Source: Kiritimatiellia bacterium (GTDB taxonomy: Bacteria > Verrucomicrobiota > Kiritimatiellia > RFP12 > UBA1067). Taken from it: a DNA stretch of 61,508 nt. A model generated the notes under the pieces. The model saw only the letters and a program-made list of their open reading frames with translations, was not told the DNA's origin and ran no database searches. The stretch is taken from assembly GCA_017563185.1 (NCBI GenBank), contig JAFXIL010000123.1, positions 1 through 61,508 of the forward strand, read 5' to 3'. Position numbers and translations under genes: made by a program. Position 1 is the stretch's first letter. Every line of letters begins with the position of its first letter. Shown here piece after piece: positions 53,762 to 61,508 of the stretch.

Positions 53762-54676
53762 TCAGCGCTCCTGAAGGTCGGTATACACGCCGCTGCGGTA
53801 GGAGAGCTCGTGGCCGTCGCAGAGCTTCTGCGTTAGCTTCTCGAGGTTGATGGAGCCTTTTTCGGGCACGAGGAATCTCTGCACATGGCCGTCGACGAAG
53901 GCAACGTGGCCTGCCCAGTGGCCGACCTTCTGCTTGTGGTTGAAGCCGATGACCTCCTTGTCGTCGTACTGCAGCACGGAGTCCCCCTTGTCGCCCTTCT
54001 CGTTGAGGTTGGCCTGCAGGTTGAACTCGGGATCGTCCACGCCCTGGATTTCCGCGAAGAGCAGCACGCGGTCGGGCGAGCCAAAGGAGCCGTGGCACTT
54101 TCCGCTCCACGATCCGATGGGGTCCTTGCCATTGCCTGCCCATCCGAACTTTGCGTTCATGACGTAGCTCCAGCCCGGATTCCTCTTGTTCTTCTTGTAG
54201 CAGGCCGCCGCGTGCACCGGGCACTGGTAGAGCTTGCGGCTGCCGTTGACGTGGCTCCAGAGCCTGCCCTGCGTGAGCGCATAGCGCAGACCGTCGGTCG
54301 CGTTCTTGTTCTTGAAGTTGTCCTCGTCCGAGAACACGATCTGCGCGCCAACCTGCTTCGCGCCGAGCGGACGGGCGATCCAGCCGTGACGCTTGGCGAT
54401 TCCCTTCCCGCCCATGCCGTACGTGTAGTACAGGTAGGAGCCTGCCGCGGGATAGGCGCCCGTGTGCGGCTGTTCAAGGTCCTGCATCGCGTAGCTGTTG
54501 GCCGCCTGGGCGAGAGCGCGCATGTTGTTCATGCACTCCGTCGCGCGCGTCGCCTCGGTGGTGCCGCTGAAGAAGCCCAGCATCACCGTGGCGAGAATGC
54601 CGATTATGGCAATCACCACGAGAAGCTCAAGAAGCGTGAACGCGGACTTCGAGCCGGAGATTGACTTGCCTTGCAT
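53762..54676 (-). CDS. Prepilin-type N-terminal cleavage/methylation protein with H-X9-DG-like C-terminal motif
   Basis: AFTLLELLVVIAIIGIL; CMNNMR; ...AGHVAFVDGHV. Confidence 0.9.
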   Translation of the reverse strand: MQGKSISGSKSAFTLLELLVVIAIIGILATVMLGFFSGTTEATRATECMNNMRALAQAANSYAMQDLEQPHTGAYPAAGSYLYYTYGMGGKGIAKRHGWIARPLGAKQVGAQIVFSDEDNFKNKNATDGLRYALTQGRLWSHVNGSRKLYQCPVHAAACYKKNKRNPGWSYVMNAKFGWAGNGKDPIGSWSGKCHGSFGSPDRVLLFAEIQGVDDPEFNLQANLNEKGDKGDSVLQYDDKEVIGFNHKQKVGHWAGHVAFVDGHVQRFLVPEKGSINLEKLTQKLCDGHELSYRSGVYTDLQER

Positions 54677-54687
54677 GTGAGCTCCCC

Positions 54688-55134
54688 TCACCCGACCTTG
54701 CCGAGGGCGATGATCGTGAACACCATTGTGAAGATGGCCACCGTCTCGACGATGCCGAGCGCGCCGAAGTAGTTGGTGAGGCCCTGCCCGGTCTCGGCCT
54801 GCGCATCGCACGCCGCCGCCGCCGCGCGCCCCTGGAAGAGCGCCGAAAGGCCGATTCCAAGACCGGCGAAGATGCCGAGCAACACGCACGCGAGGCCCGC
54901 GCCGGCGGCCTTGTCCTTGCCGAGCATGATGAACATCAGGATCATTCCGTACAGCGTCTGCGTGATCGGCGCGCCCACGAGGCCGAGCAGAATGAACGGC
55001 GCCGGCTTGTTCGCCGCATAGCATTTCTTCCACGCGCCCACGGCGGACGACGCCGCGAAGCCAGTTCCGAATGCGGACCCCGCCGCGCTGAGACCAAGGC
55101 ACGCAATCGCGCCAGCTACTATCATTGGATCCAT
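54688..55134 (-). CDS. ntpK: V/A-type ATP synthase subunit K (probably Na+-type)
   Basis: 4-TM proteolipid with PITQTLYG, FQG and VET. Confidence 0.92.
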   Translation of the reverse strand: MDPMIVAGAIACLGLSAAGSAFGTGFAASSAVGAWKKCYAANKPAPFILLGLVGAPITQTLYGMILMFIMLGKDKAAGAGLACVLLGIFAGLGIGLSALFQGRAAAAACDAQAETGQGLTNYFGALGIVETVAIFTMVFTIIALGKVG

Positions 55135-55151
55135 TGTCTTTTTCCTTTCTG

Positions 55152-56831
55152 TCAGTTTTTCCTAAATGGACTGAATGCATATCCCGCCCACGACACGCCC
55201 TTGTGGTTCGAGAACTCGAGCGTGTTCAGGCGCACCGCATGCACAAGAATCGAAAGCCCGGCCATCGCCAGGTTGAGCCCGTGCCCCACAAGGAGTATCG
55301 CCACCATCGCCACGCACATCACCGCCTTGAGGGCCATGGAATCCGCACCCGCCACGAGCCCCGTGGCCATGCTGTTGAAGTTCTCCGCCACCTTCACGCT
55401 CGCAAGGCCCACCGCGAAAAGGCGCACGTAGCTGATGATGTCGCCAAGCGCGCTCATGATGTTGAGCGGCAGCATCCCAAGCTCGATTCCCCTCGACTTC
55501 AGCTCGCTTCCCTTCAGCGTGAAGCCAAACACCATCACAAGCGACACGCCGAACATCCAGAACGCCCACTGCGGCACACCGCCGAATATGCCCACGATCG
55601 AGTTCGTGACGATGTACATGAAAAGGAGCACGCCCGCCCATCCGAACTGCGCTATGCACGTGCGGTCGTTTATGATCTGGATTCCGCTCCAGATGCGCGC
55701 GAGCATCAGATGCGACACGCCTATCGTGAAGCAGAGCAGCATCATGTTGGAGTAGCTGGGATCGGCAAGCCACTTCACCGTGGGCCAGTCCTTAGCGAAC
55801 GGAAAGCCCGCGCCGAACCACGTGTTCGAGAGAAGTCCCCACACGACGGTCGCCGACGAGAACACGGTCAACAGCGTGAGCCAGCTGCGCACAACGCGCG
55901 GACGATGCCCCACGCCCTCCTTCGGCTTCGTCTTGCGCCACCCCCACAGCGTGGCCGCAAGGAAGATGAGGCCGTACGCGCCATCGCCCACAAGCATCGC
56001 GAAGAAAAGCGAGAAATAGCACATGAACGGCACCGAAACGTCGCTTTCCGTGTACCCAGGCGCAATCCCAAGACCGGCGAATAGCGCCGCCACGGGGCGG
56101 AACAGCTTTGGCGGACGTATGAGCGTAGGAGGCGTCTCATCCCCCTCCGGATCGCGTAGCAGAAGGCCCCATGCCTTTGTGACGGCCTTCGCCCTCAGGC
56201 GCGGAACGCTTTCCACCGGCACCCATCCCTCGATCCACGACACCGCTCCTTGAGTCTCAAGCACATCGCGCGCCGCCTCGAAGGCAACACGGTCCTTCAG
56301 CTCCGGACTGCGCGCCGTGATCCACGTCTCGTCCGTTGCGGCAAGCTCCGCCTTCAGCGCCACAACCTTCGCCTCTACCTCCGCGAGAAGCCTCTTCGTA
56401 TCAGAAAGACGCACCTTCGGAAGAGGATCCGGCAGCTCGCAGACTTTCGAGAGGTCGATGCCGCGCGCGATCAGACTGCGCGCGAGCTCGGGATCGAAGT
56501 CGCCGTACGGCTCGTAGAGCGCGATCTGGCGGCGAAGTTCGTCAGCCTCGGAAACGGCCTTCTCGCGTGCCGCCGCCAGCCGGCGCACGTCATCCACCGT
56601 GCGGCGCACTGCGGCAGTACCGGCCTTCGGCGGCGCCTCACGCTTCACCTTCTGCACGGTCCTCACCGCCTCCGCTGCGCGCTCGAGTTCGCCCTTCGCC
56701 TCCGCGAACTCGTTCGACGAGCCGCGAGAAAGGTCAACATGCACACAGCCGAGATCGCGCAGCGCCTCAAGCGCCTTGCCGCTTTCGCCCGCCACGCAAA
56801 GGAGCGTGAGATGCTTCATCGGCACGATCAT
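55152..56831 (-). CDS. ntpI: V/A-type ATP synthase subunit I
   Basis: GD.AYG, DIISYVRLFAVGL, HAVRLNTLEF. Confidence 0.93.
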   Translation of the reverse strand: MIVPMKHLTLLCVAGESGKALEALRDLGCVHVDLSRGSSNEFAEAKGELERAAEAVRTVQKVKREAPPKAGTAAVRRTVDDVRRLAAAREKAVSEADELRRQIALYEPYGDFDPELARSLIARGIDLSKVCELPDPLPKVRLSDTKRLLAEVEAKVVALKAELAATDETWITARSPELKDRVAFEAARDVLETQGAVSWIEGWVPVESVPRLRAKAVTKAWGLLLRDPEGDETPPTLIRPPKLFRPVAALFAGLGIAPGYTESDVSVPFMCYFSLFFAMLVGDGAYGLIFLAATLWGWRKTKPKEGVGHRPRVVRSWLTLLTVFSSATVVWGLLSNTWFGAGFPFAKDWPTVKWLADPSYSNMMLLCFTIGVSHLMLARIWSGIQIINDRTCIAQFGWAGVLLFMYIVTNSIVGIFGGVPQWAFWMFGVSLVMVFGFTLKGSELKSRGIELGMLPLNIMSALGDIISYVRLFAVGLASVKVAENFNSMATGLVAGADSMALKAVMCVAMVAILLVGHGLNLAMAGLSILVHAVRLNTLEFSNHKGVSWAGYAFSPFRKN

Positions 56832-57448
56832 GCGGCACCCTCCTCTTCATCGGACCCGCCGGGCGAACGGCTCTTTGCGATCTTGCCGCGCGTCACGGCA
56901 GCGGTCTGCTCGTCGCCGATCGCGATCTTGATCACTCGGATGTTCTCCCGGCATTCGGGGATCTTCACCTTCTCGAAGAGATTCACGCGCTGCGATGTCG
57001 TGCGCAGCTCCTCGGTGACGAGCTCACGCTGGCGCTCAAGGATCAAACGCTCGCTGCGAAGTGAAAGTACGTCCGTGAGCGCCTGCGCTGCATCGTCCAG
57101 CCAGGCCGGCGTCTCCCACAGGTCAAGATCCTTCACCTCCACGTCGATGCCGTCGAACACGGGTATCTCGACGCCGGCGATGTTCGCGGCGCCGCAGCGG
57201 ATCTCCTTCACGGACACAAGCCCGTCGAGCGCATCGCCACCCGAGGCGAAGAGAGCCACCCACCCGTCCAGACGCTCCCGCACGGCACGTTCGCGCGCCG
57301 CCACGGCCTCGGCCTTCGCCGATATGCCAGCGATTTCGCCCTGCAGCTGCTGCTTCTTCAGCTGCAGCATGGGCAGAAACCGGCAGAAGCGCTTCAGCGC
57401 ATCCATCTGGGCCTTTAGCTCGGTCTTTGTGAGTTTGATTCTCGCCAT
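56828..57448 (-). CDS. ntpD: V/A-type ATP synthase subunit D
   Basis: LTKTELK, LQLKKQQL, TSQRVNLFEKVKIP. Confidence 0.94.
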   Translation of the reverse strand: MARIKLTKTELKAQMDALKRFCRFLPMLQLKKQQLQGEIAGISAKAEAVAARERAVRERLDGWVALFASGGDALDGLVSVKEIRCGAANIAGVEIPVFDGIDVEVKDLDLWETPAWLDDAAQALTDVLSLRSERLILERQRELVTEELRTTSQRVNLFEKVKIPECRENIRVIKIAIGDEQTAAVTRGKIAKSRSPGGSDEEEGAA

Positions 57449-57480
57449 GGACTCTCTTCTTTGGAAAAAGTTCGCCTTAC

Positions 57481-57491
57481 ATTATACACCA
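57481..57491 (-). promoter_or_regulatory. -10 promoter box (TATAAT) for the ntpD-I-K-pilin operon
   Basis: Minus strand reads TGGTGTATAAT about 30 bp upstream of ntpD. Confidence 0.55.
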
Positions 57492-57509
57492 TTCGCGCGC
57501 GAGAATCAA

Positions 57510-58622
57510 TCATACTATGAGCATGCAGTCGCCGTAGCTGAAGAAGCGGTACTGGGCCTTCACGGCGAGCGCATAGGCGATGAGCATGCGCTCGCGCCCC
57601 GCCAGCGCGCTCGTCATCATGAGAAGCGTGGACTGCGGCAGGTGGAAGTTCGTGAGCATGCAGTCGCACACCTTGAACTTGTACGGCGGGTAGATGAATA
57701 TGTCGCTCGCGCCGCTTCCCGGCACCACGAGCGGCTCGCCCTCGCCCCTCTCGCGCGACGCCACCGCCTCGAGCGTGCGCACGCTCGTGGAGCCCACGCA
57801 GAACACGCGTCCGCCGCGCGCCTTGCACGCGTTCACCGCCTCGGCCGTCTCGGGCGGCACCGAGAACGCCTCGAAGTCCATCACGTGCTCCTCGATGTTC
57901 TCCGCCTTCACTGGACGAAAAGTGCCCGGCCCCACATGCAGCGTCACAGCCACGCGCCGCACGCCTTTCGCGTCAAGCGCGGCGAAGATCTCAGGCGTGA
58001 AGTGCAGCCCCGCCGTGGGCGCTGCCACGCTCCCCACATGCTTCGCGTAGATCGTCTGGTAGCGCTCGCGGTCCGCAGCCTCCTCCTCGCGCGTCCCCTC
58101 CCGCCGCACGTACGGCGGCACAGGGGTGCGGCCGAACTCGTCGAGAAGCGATGCGAGAGGCCGCCGCCCGCGGAATGCCGCACGCCACATTCCGCCGCCC
58201 AGCTTCTCCTGCAGCTCCACCTCAAGCTCGCCTTCCGGGCCGAACACCGCCACCTGTCCCTCGCGGCTCGGCCTCCCTGAGCCGATCATGCAGTTCCACA
58301 CCGTCTCCTCGCCCGCAAGCGAAGTCTCGGCCGCGCTCACCGCCTGCTCCGCATCCACTGCGGCGGCGCTCACCATCAGCACCTCCACCGCGCCAGGCGA
58401 GTCCTTCCACACGCCAACCAGCCTCGCGGGGAACACCTTCGTGTCGTTCACCACCAGAAGGTCGTTCGGCGTGATGTACTCCACGAAATCGCCCACCATC
58501 CTGTGCTCGAGCATTCCCGTGTCGCGGTGAAGCACCATCATGCGGTCTTCGCCGCGCTTCTCCGAGGGATGCTGCGCTATGAGCCGCTCGGGAAGCGGAT
58601 ACCAGAACTGCCTAGTCTTCAC
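57510..58622 (-). CDS. queA: S-adenosylmethionine:tRNA ribosyltransferase-isomerase
   Basis: LP..LIAQHP, NDTKV, YQT.YA, AAPTAGLHF, TNFHLP, FFSYGD. Confidence 0.96.
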   Translation of the reverse strand: MKTRQFWYPLPERLIAQHPSEKRGEDRMMVLHRDTGMLEHRMVGDFVEYITPNDLLVVNDTKVFPARLVGVWKDSPGAVEVLMVSAAAVDAEQAVSAAETSLAGEETVWNCMIGSGRPSREGQVAVFGPEGELEVELQEKLGGGMWRAAFRGRRPLASLLDEFGRTPVPPYVRREGTREEEAADRERYQTIYAKHVGSVAAPTAGLHFTPEIFAALDAKGVRRVAVTLHVGPGTFRPVKAENIEEHVMDFEAFSVPPETAEAVNACKARGGRVFCVGSTSVRTLEAVASRERGEGEPLVVPGSGASDIFIYPPYKFKVCDCMLTNFHLPQSTLLMMTSALAGRERMLIAYALAVKAQYRFFSYGDCMLIV

Positions 58623-59833
58623 GCCCCGCGCCCTCCGCGCGCGCAGCGAAGGCCGCGCACGAAATCCGCCAGGCGCTTCATCGCAAGCTCGATCTTCTCG
58701 TAGCTCGTCGCGTAGCTCATCCGCACGAACCCCTCGCCGCACGCGCCGAACGCTGAGCCCGGCACGCACGCCACCTCGTGCTCGTTCAGAAGGCGCAGGC
58801 AGAACTCCTCGGAAGAGAGGCCGGTGGAGCGTATGCACGGGAAAACGTAGAACGCGCCCTTCGGCATGAACGTCTCAAGCCCCATCGCGTTCAGCGCGCC
58901 CACGATGAAGTCGCGCCGGCGCTGGTATTCGCGGCGCATGCGCTCCACGTCGTCGTCGCCGCGGTTCATGGCCTCCACGCCCGCATACTGCGCGAGAGTG
59001 GGCGCGCTCATGATACCGTACTGGTGGATCTTCATCATCATATCCACCACCTCGGCCGGGCCGCACGCGTAGCCGAGGCGGTAGCCAGTCATGGCCCAGG
59101 CCTTCGAGAATCCGTTCAGAAGCACGAGGTTGCCGCGCAGCTCCGGCAGGCTCGCGAACGAAATCGGCTTCGGCGCCTGCCTGCCGCCCGCAGCAGGCGG
59201 ATACACGAGCTCGCCGTACACCTCGTCCGCCAGCAGCAGCAGGTCGTGGCGCAGCACGAACTTCGCTATCGCCTTCAGGTCGGCGCGCGTGAGCGTGGCG
59301 CCGGTGGGGTTGCACGGGAAATTCAAGAGCAGAGCCTTCGTGCGCGGCGTCACCTTCGCCTCGAGGGCATCGACCGTGAGACGGAACGAGTCCTCCGCGC
59401 GCGTCTCAACGCGAACGGGCACGCCGTGCGCAAGGCGGATCGTGGGCGCGTACGACACGAAGCACGGCTCGTGGTAGAGTATCTCGTCCCCCTGCGAAGT
59501 GATGGCGCGCACGGCGAGGTCTATCGCCTCGCTCACGCCCACCGTGACAAGCACCTCCTTCTTCCAGTCGTACTCCGCGCCGAGGCGGCGCTTGACGTAG
59601 GCGACGATGGACTGCCTGAGCTCGGGGGTGCCGAGGTTGGACGTGTAGTGCGTGGCGCCATCCTCAAGCGCCGTCACCGCGGCGCGCGAGATGTGCCAGG
59701 GCGTGTCGAAGTCGGGCTCGCCCACGCCGAGCGAGACCACGTCCTTGCGCTGCGCCACTATGTCGAAGAACTTGCGGATGCCGCTTTTCGGCAGCTCCGC
59801 CACATGCGGGGCGATGAAGCTTCTTCCTGCCAC
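58619..59833 (-). CDS. PLP-dependent class I/II aminotransferase (AlaT/YugH-like)
   Basis: SGIRKFFD, GEPDF, NPTG, DEVY, FSKAWAMTGYRLG. Confidence 0.93.
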   Translation of the reverse strand: MAGRSFIAPHVAELPKSGIRKFFDIVAQRKDVVSLGVGEPDFDTPWHISRAAVTALEDGATHYTSNLGTPELRQSIVAYVKRRLGAEYDWKKEVLVTVGVSEAIDLAVRAITSQGDEILYHEPCFVSYAPTIRLAHGVPVRVETRAEDSFRLTVDALEAKVTPRTKALLLNFPCNPTGATLTRADLKAIAKFVLRHDLLLLADEVYGELVYPPAAGGRQAPKPISFASLPELRGNLVLLNGFSKAWAMTGYRLGYACGPAEVVDMMMKIHQYGIMSAPTLAQYAGVEAMNRGDDDVERMRREYQRRRDFIVGALNAMGLETFMPKGAFYVFPCIRSTGLSSEEFCLRLLNEHEVACVPGSAFGACGEGFVRMSYATSYEKIELAMKRLADFVRGLRCARGGRGA

Positions 59834-59843
59834 TTGCGCCACC

Positions 59844-60161
59844 TCACACAATCGGCAGCCGCCCGTCTTCCGCAAACGCGGCCAGCACGCCCTTCGCCTT
59901 GTACGTCTTGAGCATGAAGTGCGTGGCGGTGGAGAGAACGCCGTCGATCGTGGAGAGCTCGGCCGAGACGAAATGCGCCACATCCTGCAGCGAACCGCCG
60001 CTCACGAACACGAGAAGATCGTACGCGCCGCTCATCAGAAAGCACGCGTCCACCTGCGGGAACTTCGCGATCCGCTGCGCGATCTTCGCAAAGCCCGTGT
60101 CTCTTGCCGGCGTGATCTTCAGCTCGATCACCGCCGTCACCTTCTCAACCTTCTTCTTCAT
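59844..60161 (-). CDS. Lrp/AsnC ligand-binding-domain-only protein (AlaR/YugG-like, no HTH)
   Basis: VTA.IE.KITP..D.GF..IA, LMSG.YDL, STATHF.LK.YK. Confidence 0.85.
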   Translation of the reverse strand: MKKKVEKVTAVIELKITPARDTGFAKIAQRIAKFPQVDACFLMSGAYDLLVFVSGGSLQDVAHFVSAELSTIDGVLSTATHFMLKTYKAKGVLAAFAEDGRLPIV

Positions 60162-60202
60162 TGCCTGTCTCCTTCGTTGCACGCCGTATATTATAGCATT
60201 TA

Positions 60203-60243
60203 TAGTGCCTAGTGCCTAGTGCCTAGTGCTTAGTGCCTAGTGC
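60203..60243. repeat. Tandem heptamer (TAGTGCC, about 5.5 units)
   Basis: Directly visible. Confidence 0.9.
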
Positions 60244-60417
60244 GGGAGTGACTAGTGCTTATTCGGCTGGCCGGTTGACCGCTCGGTGTCTACTGGCACT
60301 CGTCATCAAAGGTCAAGCGCCAGCGGAGCGAGCAATCAGCCGATCAGCCGATCATCCGACCAGCCGAAAGCCTGGAGGCCGTCCCCCAAAAGTTCAAACG
60401 AAGCATAGGCCCTTGGG

Positions 60418-60979
60418 TCACGGCATTGGCAATAGAGCGACCCGTTCGCCCTCCGGCAATCCGGCGTTGATGATCTCCGCCGCCAATGCCGCCGCATTCA
60501 CCGTGTTTGTCTCGGCGCACATGTGAAGGACAAGGTTCTTGTAGATCAGGACATCTCTAACACTTGGGTTTCCATGCGATGAACATAAAAACAACATATT
60601 TGTGGCCGAGTCAAGATTACGGAGCAGAAAGATTAAGTGCCTGCGTCAGGGACGTCCCTGCTGTTATCAAGGCCTTACGCTGGGCGAAGCTTATGACATT
60701 CGTGTCCAGACCCATTCTGACTGCATATTCCCTGTTTGAGGCCATGATTTCTGCCAATACTGGTATTCTGTTTGTAACCTGGAACGCTTCGTACTCCATA
60801 ATCACGTTTGTTGGAGGTTTCATAGATTCCAGTATGCCGGCCCACACTTCATCAAGATTGGCCTCGCTCCCATACCACAGATTCGTCTGATCATGCATTT
60901 CGGCATCTGTGTAGGCAATACACCGTAACAAAATAATCAAACTGGCAACGAAAAGAAAGAATGATTTGTGGCGTACCAT
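60418..60979 (-). pseudogene. Low-GC secreted hypothetical gene, apparently frameshifted near 60640
   Basis: The 120-aa ORF stops at 60617; a shifted frame continues RNLDSATNMLFL...NAGLPEGERVALLPMP*. Confidence 0.45.
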
Positions 60980-61045
60980 GGCAGCTCCTTCACTTTCACT
61001 TTAGATTGTAGTTGAACTTTGGACTGGCATCTTCAAGCTTGACAC

Positions 61046-61289
61046 CTATCTGGTATCTTCAAATTCCTTTTCGTGGTACTGGTTGTAGAGGATCCCCCAC
61101 TCCACCTTCTCCATGCCCTTGCGATATGTGGGGAAGAGGCGCTTTGTCCACGCGATGACGTCCTGGAAATACCGCCACAGCGGCTTGGTGGCGGAAAGAC
61201 GCTGGGCGGGGGAGTTTGTGCGCGAGAAGTAGCGCTTCAAGTCCGTCAACCACCTCGCGCACCGTCACTTTAAGAGGCTTGATGTTCAT
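61046..61289 (-). pseudogene. Internally deleted relic of a DUF262 (GmrSD-like)/HNH-type nuclease gene
   Basis: N-terminus MNIKPLKVTVREVVDG joined out of frame to TDLKRYFS...LWRYFQDVIAW...VEWGILYNQY; family recognised from memory. Confidence 0.55.
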
Positions 61290-61426
61290 GCGGAACATCA
61301 TACAAACTTCTTTGATTGAACGCAAACACGTTCTTTGCCCTGTTCGAAGTTGGGCGCATCCGCGAATGCACGGCGATTTCAGATAGTTGAGCAAGGTCCA
61401 ATTTCGTATTGAGTTTCCGCCCCCTA

Positions 61427-61508
61427 TTGACAAACAGGCCGATTTTTGAGATACTACACTTGCCGCGCCATAAGGCGGGCAGGGAGTGTCGATGAACATA
61501 ACAGTGCG
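61427..61508 (+). promoter_or_regulatory. Sigma70-like promoter (TTGACA-17-GATACT), leader hairpin, RBS and start (ATG 61492) of a gene running off the window
   Basis: TTGACA at 61427; GGAG followed by ATG AAC ATA ACA GTG. Confidence 0.55.

Overview
GC-rich bacterial chromosome segment. A PVC-superphylum, probably Kiritimatiellae-like, origin is my inference from the H-X9-DG prepilin, the gene set and the TGnTAnnnT promoters. Bases 1-7.8 kb hold an RHS polymorphic-toxin array. It has one 5'-incomplete RHS gene plus two orphan RHS-core/toxin cassettes, each followed by a low-GC putative immunity gene. Two of the toxin tips look like LysM-like plus caspase-fold (His-Gly...Cys) proteases, and one is an HExxH zincin. 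The distal cassettes are separated by a composite junction repeat that is read in the same open frame each time and carries a covarying REP-like hairpin doublet, seen in both an empty and a filled state. The same hairpin family is inserted in-frame inside the housekeeping gene leuS about 38 kb away. Bases 8-60 kb are mostly minus-strand housekeeping and carbohydrate genes: ung, rny, glgB with an in-frame nonsense codon, ETF-QO, coaX, SNF2 helicase, rpe, GH106, lysS, etfAB, galM, leuS, V-ATPase D/I/K, queA and an aminotransferase. This region also has a ~2260-aa secreted protein whose mature N-terminal ~480 aa are a sharply low-GC in-frame cassette. The right end holds decayed accessory genes. 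I found no rRNA, tRNA, CRISPR array, transposase or reverse transcriptase.
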